Below, in pieces: positions 20,558 to 28,994 of a stretch of DNA of 64,000 nucleotides. Source of the stretch: Nitrospirota bacterium (GTDB taxonomy: Bacteria > Nitrospirota > Thermodesulfovibrionia > UBA6902); NCBI GenBank assembly GCA_039715075.1, contig JBDLIC010000005.1, positions 202 through 64,201 on the forward strand, written 5' to 3'. Under the pieces are notes generated by a model, which saw nothing but the letters and a program-made list of their open reading frames with translations, was not told where the DNA came from and searched no databases. Made by a program: the position numbers and the translations under genes. How positions within the stretch are numbered: position 1 is the stretch's first letter; every line of letters starts with the position of its first letter.

Positions 20558-22673
20558 TAAAGTTACTGCTGGAGGTACTCCGGATTCTGGTGCGCAGATA
20601 TCAAAGGATACCCCTGTCCAGTATGTAAAAGGAGTTGGACCTGCCCGCGCCAAAATTCTGGGACGTCTTGGTATTCATACCATTGAAGACATCCTTTCCC
20701 ACTTCCCCTGGCGCTATGAAGACAGAAAAAACCTGAAAAAAATATGCAGCCTCGGTTACGGTAATCACGAGACTACGCTCTGTGAGGTGGAATCGGTAAA
20801 TATTATTACGACTCCCAGAAAGCGGATGAAGATCTTTGAGCTTACGGTTACTGACGGGTCAGGTTTTCTGAAAGCCAAATGGTTCAACCAGCCCTTTCTG
20901 AAAAGGTACTTCTCAAAGGGACAGAAGGTCATTTTGAGCGGTATGGTAAAAGGCAATCCATATACCGGAATCGGCCTCGAAATGGAGAACCCCGACTTTG
21001 AGCTCTTCGGAACAGAAGACAAACTTGTCCATACATCAAGAATTGTCCCTGTTTATAAGGCGACTGAAGGGATATCCCCAAAACAGCTCAGGACGCTCCT
21101 GTTCAATACAATAGATGCATATTCCTTTATAATTGAGGATTATCTGCCTGAAGAGATTCTCAGTAAAAATGACCTCCCTTCACTAAAATGGTCGGTGAAG
21201 GAGGCCCACTTCCCTGATGAGTTTACTGATGTGAGCAAACTGAACAAAGGCATGAGTCCTGCACACAGGCGTCTGATCTTTGATGAGTTTTTTCTCCTGG
21301 AGCTGGGACTTGCGCTGCTGAAAAAAAGGGAGACTCAGGAAAAGGGGATAAGTTTTAAGAACAATAATAAGTTGATCAATACCTTTCTGGAAAAACTTCC
21401 CTTCAAACTTACGGTTGCGCAAAAACGGGTCCTCGAACAGATAAGAGAGGACATGCAGAGACCACTGCCGATGAACAGGCTGATGCATGGCGATGTGGGT
21501 TGCGGCAAGACAGTGGTTGCTCTCGTATCAATGCTCAATGCTGTCGGGAACGGTTATCAGGCGTGCCTTATGGCGCCTACCGAACTGCTCGCGGAGCAGC
21601 ACTTTATAAATATTCATAAGATGGTAGAGGAGCTCGGCCTGAAGGTTGTGCTGCTGACCTCAAGCACTAAAAAGAAACCTGTTGATGAGATAGCAGAGGG
21701 TCAAGCGCAGATTATTATTGGAACGCATGCGCTAATACAGGAGTATGTGAAATTCAGTAAACTCGGTCTGGCGATAATTGACGAGCAGCACAGGTTCGGT
21801 GTGGTCCAGAGGGCAAGTCTCAGGAGTAAGGGATTTAATCCGGACATCCTGATCATGACCGCGACCCCGATACCGAGGACACTGGCAATGACACTGTATG
21901 GAGACCTTGATATATCGATAATAGATGAATTGCCCGCAGGCAGGAGGCCAATTATTACAAACGTGTTTTTTCCGTCTCAAAAGGACAGGGTACTTTCGAT
22001 GATTAAGGGAGAACTTTCAAAGGGCAGGCAGGTATATATTGTATATCCACTGATCGAAGAATCAGAGAAGCTTGATCTTAAATCCGCTATAGACGGTGCA
22101 GAGGCATTTAAAAATATTTTCCCTGAAAGGAAAATTGGTCTGGTTCATGGTAAAATGCACCATGATGACAGAGAATCCGTGATGACCGAGTTTAAATCGG
22201 GCAATATCGAGATGCTTGTATCGACTACGGTTATCGAAGTCGGCATAGATGTTCCGAACGCTTCTCTGATGCTCATAGTGCATGCCGAAAGATTCGGTCT
22301 GTCGCAGCTGCACCAGCTGAGGGGAAGGATAGGGAGGGGCGGGTATGACTCGCACTGTCTGCTTATGGCGTACCCCCCTTTCAGCGAGGAGGCAAAGAGA
22401 CGGTTGAAGGCAATGGAATCCACGGGAGACGGGTTTAAAATAGCTGAGGAGGACCTTGCAATAAGGGGTCCGGGAGATTTTTTCGGTACCCGTCAATCAG
22501 GTATGCCTGATCTGAAAGTAGCAAATGTAATAAGGGACATAGGAGTGCTCGAGTCGGCAAGAAAAGATGCGTTTGATCTGATAGATACAGAACCTGATTT
22601 AAAAGGCCATCCACTGCTTAAAGAAGTACTTGAGGAGAAATGGATGGGAAGGCTGGAATTGATAAAAAGCTGA
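20541..22673 (+). CDS. recG: ATP-dependent DNA helicase RecG
   Basis: KGVGP, wedge domain, GDVGCGKT, DEQHRFG, TATPIPRTL, QLRGRIGRG, RGPGDFFGTRQSG; start uncertain (20487 or 20541). Confidence 0.95.
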   Translation: MNRRTNKVTAGGTPDSGAQISKDTPVQYVKGVGPARAKILGRLGIHTIEDILSHFPWRYEDRKNLKKICSLGYGNHETTLCEVESVNIITTPRKRMKIFELTVTDGSGFLKAKWFNQPFLKRYFSKGQKVILSGMVKGNPYTGIGLEMENPDFELFGTEDKLVHTSRIVPVYKATEGISPKQLRTLLFNTIDAYSFIIEDYLPEEILSKNDLPSLKWSVKEAHFPDEFTDVSKLNKGMSPAHRRLIFDEFFLLELGLALLKKRETQEKGISFKNNNKLINTFLEKLPFKLTVAQKRVLEQIREDMQRPLPMNRLMHGDVGCGKTVVALVSMLNAVGNGYQACLMAPTELLAEQHFINIHKMVEELGLKVVLLTSSTKKKPVDEIAEGQAQIIIGTHALIQEYVKFSKLGLAIIDEQHRFGVVQRASLRSKGFNPDILIMTATPIPRTLAMTLYGDLDISIIDELPAGRRPIITNVFFPSQKDRVLSMIKGELSKGRQVYIVYPLIEESEKLDLKSAIDGAEAFKNIFPERKIGLVHGKMHHDDRESVMTEFKSGNIEMLVSTTVIEVGIDVPNASLMLIVHAERFGLSQLHQLRGRIGRGGYDSHCLLMAYPPFSEEAKRRLKAMESTGDGFKIAEEDLAIRGPGDFFGTRQSGMPDLKVANVIRDIGVLESARKDAFDLIDTEPDLKGHPLLKEVLEEKWMGRLELIKS

Positions 22674-22678
22674 AACGA

Positions 22679-22748
22679 CAATTATCAATTACGAATTACG
22701 AATCAACAGCAATACAAGTTTTTTCTTTTTTTTCGTAATTCGTAATTG
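22679..22748. repeat. inverted pair of heptamer arrays (GAATTAC / TTCGTAA)
   Basis: CAATTAT CAATTAC GAATTAC GAAT ... TTCGTAA TTCGTAA TTG. Confidence 0.7.
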
Positions 22749-22764
22749 AAAGAAAGGGGTTTTT

Positions 22765-23088
22765 ATGAAAGAAAATGTTAGAAAAAGCCTGGCCACGGGC
22801 CTGAACCGTATTAAGTGGATTGCAACTTTTGTTGCGGAGAGGACGAGGGCTGAGACGTCTGTTGTAAAGCTTCTCTATGCAAGCGGTAAACTTGAAGATA
22901 AAATTGACGGCTTGTACGGTGACATCGGCAAGAGAGTTATTGAGTTGAAGGGAAAGCCCGGGGATGCAAAGAAAGATGTGTTCCAGGATTTTATTGTGCA
23001 GCAGGCCATCGATGAAATAAGGAACCTGCAGGAAGCAAAGGCAGATTATAAGGACCGGGCCAGGAGCATTAATAAGATTCCGGAATAA
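22765..23088 (+). CDS. hypothetical coiled-coil protein
   Basis: 107 aa, RBS AAGGGG, TAATG coupling to pilD. Confidence 0.75.
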   Translation: MKENVRKSLATGLNRIKWIATFVAERTRAETSVVKLLYASGKLEDKIDGLYGDIGKRVIELKGKPGDAKKDVFQDFIVQQAIDEIRNLQEAKADYKDRARSINKIPE

Positions 23089-23870
23089 TGATATATATAC
23101 TGGTCTTTGTTTTTGGTCTCATAATAGGGTCGTTCCTGAACGTATGTATATATCGGATACCTGAAGGGTTGTCCGTTGTCAGTCCGTCTTCACGGTGTAC
23201 TTCGTGCGGGACTCCTATTAAATTTTATGATAATATTCCGATACTGAGTTACATTATTCTGATGGGCAGGTGCAGGTCGTGCGGTACTAAACTCTCGGTT
23301 AAATATCTCCTGATAGAATTTATTAATGCTGTGTTGTACGTCGTGGTGTTGTACAGAGTCGGCTACGGTTCTCCATGGGTCCTTCTATCCTACCTGGTTT
23401 TTGTATCCTCGCTTGTCGTGATATTTCTTATTGATCTGGAGCATCAGATAATTCCTAACAGCATAACCCTGCCTGGGATTCCTATCGCTATTGTCCTGGG
23501 TTCTACCATATTGCCTGACCCCCTGTTACCAGGAAACCTTTTAGGAATTAAAGCGTCTGTAGCTGGCTGCCTGGCCGGCGGAGGTTCTTTCTATCTCATT
23601 GCAGTGCTTGGAAAGGCTGTCTTTAAAAAGGATGCGATGGGGGGAGGAGATATAAAGATGATGGCCATGGCCGGGGGGCTTTTAGGCTGGAAAGGTATAT
23701 TGCTTACTGCTTTTCTCGCAAGTCTTTTTGGTTCGATCATAGGAATATCGCTTATTTTGATAAAGGGGAAAGAGTGGGGGGCACGAATTCCCTTCGGGCC
23801 ATATCTTGCGCTGGGTGCTTTTATAAGCCTTTTCTGGGGATATGATATTCTCAGGTGGTACCTCTTGTAA
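23088..23870 (+). CDS. pilD: prepilin peptidase PilD
   Basis: GSFLNVCIYRIP, two CxxC, IDLEH, MGGGD, IPFGPYL. Confidence 0.95.
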   Translation: MIYILVFVFGLIIGSFLNVCIYRIPEGLSVVSPSSRCTSCGTPIKFYDNIPILSYIILMGRCRSCGTKLSVKYLLIEFINAVLYVVVLYRVGYGSPWVLLSYLVFVSSLVVIFLIDLEHQIIPNSITLPGIPIAIVLGSTILPDPLLPGNLLGIKASVAGCLAGGGSFYLIAVLGKAVFKKDAMGGGDIKMMAMAGGLLGWKGILLTAFLASLFGSIIGISLILIKGKEWGARIPFGPYLALGAFISLFWGYDILRWYLL

Positions 23871-24287
23871 TTTTTTTCCTGCCTTCCTTAAATAAACCTA
23901 AAGTTTTTTTCTGAAAGAATCGATATACATTTATATTGACGGCTTAAAACTTTTTTCAAAAAGTGTAAAGCTTCAGTTTTTAACATTGTCAGGCAGCAGT
24001 GAACGGAATACTGTTTTTGCTCCGGAGCGGATAAGTATGACGGTGGACTGACTGCAGAAATATGTTAGGACATGGATTTGTGACATATTAAAGACAGCCT
24101 TGTTACGTGCTGCTAATGTAGTTCTGAAGTGGGACGGTAATGGGGAAAAGCCAGGGCTTTATATTATTAAAACTTATTGGGCCCGGGGACATTTTCAGTA
24201 TTTTATAAAAGGGCTGAATATCTCTGTCTTTAAGCAGGTTGAAATTTATTGAAAATAATACATCCTGTATTAGCAGGTGGAAAATGC

Positions 24288-24349
24288 AAAGGAGTTTGAA
24301 TATGAATATAAGAGTAAAAAGGAGTTTGAATATGAATATAAGAGTAAAA
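24288..24349 (+). repeat. perfect 30-bp tandem duplication spanning RBS and start codon
   Basis: AAAGGAGTTTGAATATGAATATAAGAGTAA x2. Confidence 0.9.
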
Positions 24350-25834
24350 CTGATGAGGGTTGTCACACTGTTTGTTTTTACATTGATTGCAGTAGGCGTC
24401 GCAGGAAGTTACGTCATTTACCGGGCTGGAGTTGCAGGAGGAAGCGAAGTGTCTTTTCTGTGGCAGAATCCTCTCTCCGTCTTTCTGTTTGCGGCAGCCG
24501 CTTTGACATTATTGGGCGGAGGAATCGGCTTTCTTATTATCAGAAAAATATCCGGTTCACTTAATGATCTGATGAACGGAATCATAGCGGTCGGCAGCGG
24601 TGAAACAAATGCTATCTCTGTTAATTCATCCGATGAATTCGGAGAGATATCCACTATTTTTAACAAAACTATGGAGAAAATTAATGCATACACGCGGATT
24701 GAAGAAGAGAATGCAAAGAACCAGGAGAATGTTATCAACTTTCTGGAGGTAGTGAGTACTGCATCAGATGGTGATTTTACCAAGAAGGCACCTGTTACTA
24801 CAGATGTTTTCGGCTCAATAGCTGATGCATTCAATATGATGACAGAAGAGCTTTCGATGCTCATAACAGATGTAAGGTCTACTGCCAGGGAATTCGAAGA
24901 GGACAGTTCTAACACACTAGATCTGTTGAAGAATATGGCGGACGGTTCAGAGACACAGATGGTTCAGCTGAGAAATGCTACGGAAGCGGTTGATGAGACT
25001 GCCCATGCTACGTTGGAGATCTCGGAAAAGACCCAGGATGCCACTGGATTATCGATTAAGGCGGTTGATGCCGCACAAAAAGGGGGAGAGCTGGTCACAA
25101 AGAGTATTGAGGGTATGCAGCTCATAAGGGCCACAGTGCAGCAGATCAACAAAAAGATGAAAATGTTTTCAGAGAGGATTATTGAGATCGGCACTATCTC
25201 CGGTATGATCGGAGATATTTCATCCAGGACGAACCTTCTTTCGATGAATGCATCTATTGAAGCATCAAGAGCAGGAGAAGCGGGTAAAGGCTTTGTGGTT
25301 ATTGCAGAGGAGATCAGAAACCTTGCGGACCGTTCAGCAGAGGCCACCAGGGACATCACGAGCATTATTCATTCAATACAGACAGAGGCGGGTGAGATAA
25401 CCAGCTCGCTTGAAGAAGAAACGGAAATAGTTGAAAAGCAGTCGGACCTTGCTTCAGAGGCTAAATCCTCCTTTAGCGAAATTACGGATGCTGTAGAGAA
25501 ATCCAGAGAAATTGTTTCAGAGATTCTGCCTCTTTCACAGACACAGAGAAAAATGACCAGCGATGTCGTTCTTTCAATGGAGAATGTTAACCGTATTTCA
25601 CTTGATCTGCTCAGGCTTGTGCAGGATTCTGAAAGCATATCAGGAAAGCTCTCCGGCTCTTCCAAGGAACTGCTTTCATCGGTTGATAAGTTCAGGCTGC
25701 TGGAAGCCGGTGAATCGGAAACAGAGGAGCAGGTAAATCATGAGCCGGAAATTGAGGAGCATGAGACTGAGGTACTGTCATCTGAGGAAATTTCCACCGA
25801 AGAGATGACAACCGGCAAGGAGGTGACTGCATAA
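24302..25834 (+). CDS. methyl-accepting chemotaxis protein, PilJ-like
   Basis: 2 TM with tiny periplasmic loop, HAMP, PilJ-like [22 protein letters not shown] domain [22 protein letters not shown]. Confidence 0.9.
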   Translation: MNIRVKRSLNMNIRVKLMRVVTLFVFTLIAVGVAGSYVIYRAGVAGGSEVSFLWQNPLSVFLFAAAALTLLGGGIGFLIIRKISGSLNDLMNGIIAVGSGETNAISVNSSDEFGEISTIFNKTMEKINAYTRIEEENAKNQENVINFLEVVSTASDGDFTKKAPVTTDVFGSIADAFNMMTEELSMLITDVRSTAREFEEDSSNTLDLLKNMADGSETQMVQLRNATEAVDETAHATLEISEKTQDATGLSIKAVDAAQKGGELVTKSIEGMQLIRATVQQINKKMKMFSERIIEIGTISGMIGDISSRTNLLSMNASIEASRAGEAGKGFVVIAEEIRNLADRSAEATRDITSIIHSIQTEAGEITSSLEEETEIVEKQSDLASEAKSSFSEITDAVEKSREIVSEILPLSQTQRKMTSDVVLSMENVNRISLDLLRLVQDSESISGKLSGSSKELLSSVDKFRLLEAGESETEEQVNHEPEIEEHETEVLSSEEISTEEMTTGKEVTA

Positions 25835-26421
25835 TGCCAGCAGAATGTTTATTTACAAGACTCGTAAGAGAGAAGAAGAATGATATTAAAAAGATCCTGG
25901 AATCGGATTCAGATATTGTTGAGAAGGTTGTCATGCTGAGAAGGTTTGCCAGGGAAATCGCGAGGGAGTATTTCAACATCATCAATTACGAAAACATAGA
26001 ATCCTTTTACAGCGACTATGAAAATGGAAAATCTCCGCTGGTCGAGCTTGAGGGTACCGGCTTTAGGGAAAAGGACCTGATAATATTGAATGAGTGCCCG
26101 TCCGTACCACTCTTCCCGGAATTTCAAACAGACGGGGAATTTCCGGACTATTGGTCCAGGATACCCCAGGAGTATATGGATAAATTCAAGAATGAGGCAA
26201 TACTTCATCCTCTATGTATTGTTCATCAGACATTCAGGGACCTTCTTGCCTCACAGATACCAAAAGGCAGGGGTGTTGTACATTCCATCGGGGTTGCCTG
26301 CCGTTCAGGCGCTACAGGAAAGGTTGTATATTCTGATTTTGGGCTTTCTTCAACAGTTGCAACAAAAGAAGACATAGAGAAAGTGATCGATGGATTTGCC
26401 TGTGCGTTTCATTTGATTTAA
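25834..26421 (+). CDS. hypothetical Cys-containing protein, V4R/MetOD1-like (tentative)
   Basis: ECP...HPLCIVH...ACRS...CAF pattern; TAATG coupling to the MCP gene. Confidence 0.65.
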   Translation: MPAECLFTRLVREKKNDIKKILESDSDIVEKVVMLRRFAREIAREYFNIINYENIESFYSDYENGKSPLVELEGTGFREKDLIILNECPSVPLFPEFQTDGEFPDYWSRIPQEYMDKFKNEAILHPLCIVHQTFRDLLASQIPKGRGVVHSIGVACRSGATGKVVYSDFGLSSTVATKEDIEKVIDGFACAFHLI

Positions 26422-26445
26422 GGGCCGTTAGTACTCCCACATAAC

Positions 26446-26482
26446 GGGGAAGCCCTTAATTTAGGGGATTGAGGGCTTCTCC
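26446..26482. terminator. hairpin between convergent genes
   Basis: GGGGAAGCCCTT ... GAGGGCTTCTCC. Confidence 0.5.
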
Positions 26483-26519
26483 GGCAGTACTTCTATTTTG
26501 AGTAAATCAATTATTCCAG

Positions 26520-27461
26520 TTAAGTGGCGCTTGTTGTCTGGTCAAAAAACTGAGTGACCTTATTTTTTTTATCCGACTCCATATGTGCCATTGCAGTACG
26601 CGGATGCTGGTTCATTGTCCCGGTTATCATGTAAGGGATATAATATCCCCAATCGATTTTTTCCTGCCATGGAAGGATCTCGGCTTCAATTGCCTCGATA
26701 AGCGGTCGCACTTTGAACTTGGGATTTTTCAGGAAAGATATGAGCAGTTCAAGGCAGCAGTTTCCCGCTCCGCGTCCAATTCCGTATAGGCTGGCATCGA
26801 GATAATTGACGCCGGAAATGATTGCTGATATTGTGTTTGCAAAAGCCAGTTGCTGATTGTTGTGACAATGGATTCCGATAGTCTTTCCGGGCAGCCGTTC
26901 CATGTATTTTTTTGCGAGTGACTCAATGTCTTCTGAATAGAAAGCACCGAAGCTGTCCACGACATAAATAATCGGGACCTTGCTTTTTGCAAGATCGTCA
27001 AGCGCTTCATCCAGCTCTCGGAGGCCCACGGTCGAAACTGCCATGAGATTAATGGTCGTCTCATATCCTTTGTCAATACAGTGGTGTACCAGATCAACTG
27101 CAGCATCTGTCTGGTGTGCATAACATGCAACCCGTATCATATCCAGGGAACTCTCGGATTTAGGCGGGATGTCGTCATACTCAATCCGGCCGATGTCGGC
27201 CATTGCAGAAAGCTTGATCTTCTTTTCGCTTTTACCGATAACGCGCTGAATATCTTCTTCAGCACAAAATTTCCAGGGCCCTACCTCATCCCGTGAAAAC
27301 GCGGACTCCGAACTCAGATACCCGATCTCCATATAATCAATACCTGCTTCGGACAGTGCTGTATACACTTTCGTAACAAAATTATCGTCGAATTGCCACT
27401 TATTCATTAAGCCGCCGTCACGTACTGTACAATCTATAACTTTGATTTCCGGTCTGAACAT
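26520..27461 (-). CDS. HMGL-like/DRE-TIM aldolase (4-hydroxy-2-oxovalerate aldolase-like)
   Basis: DCTVRDGG, VDSFG, GIHCHNN, GRGAGN. Confidence 0.85.
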   Translation of the reverse strand: MFRPEIKVIDCTVRDGGLMNKWQFDDNFVTKVYTALSEAGIDYMEIGYLSSESAFSRDEVGPWKFCAEEDIQRVIGKSEKKIKLSAMADIGRIEYDDIPPKSESSLDMIRVACYAHQTDAAVDLVHHCIDKGYETTINLMAVSTVGLRELDEALDDLAKSKVPIIYVVDSFGAFYSEDIESLAKKYMERLPGKTIGIHCHNNQQLAFANTISAIISGVNYLDASLYGIGRGAGNCCLELLISFLKNPKFKVRPLIEAIEAEILPWQEKIDWGYYIPYMITGTMNQHPRTAMAHMESDKKNKVTQFFDQTTSAT

Positions 27462-27515
27462 TTTATATCTCCTTTAATAATTGGTAAATTCTTATTTTGA
27501 AGTAAGTATTATAGT

Positions 27516-28136
27516 TTATTTTTTCCCATCAGGGCAAAGGTTAAGAAATTTTTTAACATTCTGCGCGATTTCACCGATGTCCTTTTCCTTCAGTGCATTG
27601 CTGCCGAAAAGTGAAGAACTTACTCCGACAGCTCTGGCCCCGGCTTCAAAATACTCCTTAACGTTGTCAATATTTACGCCGCCCACCGCGACTAAAGGGA
27701 TCTGATCATAAGGACCGAAGAGTTCTCTGATGTACTGTGGACCGAATGTCCGGCATGGAAAGACCTTTATCATTTCAGCCCCGGCAGACCAGGCAGTGTA
27801 TACCTCTGTCGGAGAGAGTGCTCCGGATATCACGGGGACGGACCGGGAACGGGCATACTTAATTACTTCTGTGTCCGTATTCGGGGTGACCAGAAACATG
27901 GCGCCGGCACCCACGGCCTTTTTTGCTTCATTGAGATTCCTGATGGTTCCTATTCCCAGGAGTTTTCCGGGAGCAATGGATGACCTGTTTTCAGATACTG
28001 TTTTCAGGGCATGCTCAGTATTCATTGTGATTTCGATTGCTTGCAGGCCTGAAGCGAACGAGGCATCCATTACGCTTCGGAAAAAAGCGGAGTCCACGCC
28101 TCTCAGGATCCCTATTACCGGAATGTCCAGTTTCAT
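27516..28136 (-). CDS. eda: KDPG/KHG aldolase
   Basis: ILRG, EIT, GIGT, PTE, KVFP, VGGV. Confidence 0.88.
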   Translation of the reverse strand: MKLDIPVIGILRGVDSAFFRSVMDASFASGLQAIEITMNTEHALKTVSENRSSIAPGKLLGIGTIRNLNEAKKAVGAGAMFLVTPNTDTEVIKYARSRSVPVISGALSPTEVYTAWSAGAEMIKVFPCRTFGPQYIRELFGPYDQIPLVAVGGVNIDNVKEYFEAGARAVGVSSSLFGSNALKEKDIGEIAQNVKKFLNLCPDGKK

Positions 28137-28476
28137 CAATAAGGTACCGTACTTGTTGGATGCTGCGTTAAGTTTTTATCTGCTCCAGCAAGGAGCGGTA
28201 CGATAATTTTTATATGCTTTATATTTTGCATTTTGCAAAAATGCCGATCCTGTAAAAATATACTGAAATTACTATTATCTATCAGAAGGATACAAAATTA
28301 CGAGATTATTGACAAGTATCTTTATTGCCTGCCTTATTTGTTTAATCTTATCTGCTTTCTCATGCCGTTCGGAAAAACTGGCTTATAAAACCGGGACAGA
28401 CATGAATTTAAGAATACAAAGCTGAAATCCGATATTAATATCAGGGTGAATTTCAGTTAATACTAATGGAGGTAAG

Positions 28477-28920
28477 ATGGATTCAAAACTTTTATGGAAA
28501 GATGAATACTGCCTTGGGCATAATGCAATTGACTTTGAGCACAAAAAGCTTTTTGATATTGCCAATCAGATATTTGCTATAGGCAATCCCCGGATAAATT
28601 CGGAGAGGATCAAGGGACTGGTGCAGGAACTGTATGATTATATGACACATCACTTTGAGCATGAAGAAAAGTTTATGGCTGAAATATCATATGCTGAAGC
28701 GTCTGAGCATAAGCAGAAACATCAGAAAATTCTTGAAGAGATGGATAAGGTGCTGAGTATCGGTGAAGGATTTAATGTTCTCGAAATGAACCTTGAATAT
28801 ATAATGCAGGAATGGTTTGCAGGACATATTCTTAATGAAGACAAGAAGATCATGGGAAAAATAGAATCCTATGAACTGAAACTGTATTACCGTTACTGCA
28901 GGCCGGGACTGCATAGCTAG
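28477..28920 (+). CDS. bacteriohemerythrin
   Basis: IDFEH, HFEHEE, EHKQKH, HILNED di-iron ligands. Confidence 0.9.
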   Translation: MDSKLLWKDEYCLGHNAIDFEHKKLFDIANQIFAIGNPRINSERIKGLVQELYDYMTHHFEHEEKFMAEISYAEASEHKQKHQKILEEMDKVLSIGEGFNVLEMNLEYIMQEWFAGHILNEDKKIMGKIESYELKLYYRYCRPGLHS

Positions 28921-28994
28921 GTTTAATTATTACGCAGCATAGTGTTCACCCAGACCGGGCATGAGAGAATAATACTGGCTGTTTAATTTTGTCA

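Noticed and set aside
24288-24349. CRISPR array
   Set aside because: Two adjacent 30-bp copies with no spacer and no cas genes; no repeat-spacer pattern was seen elsewhere in the window
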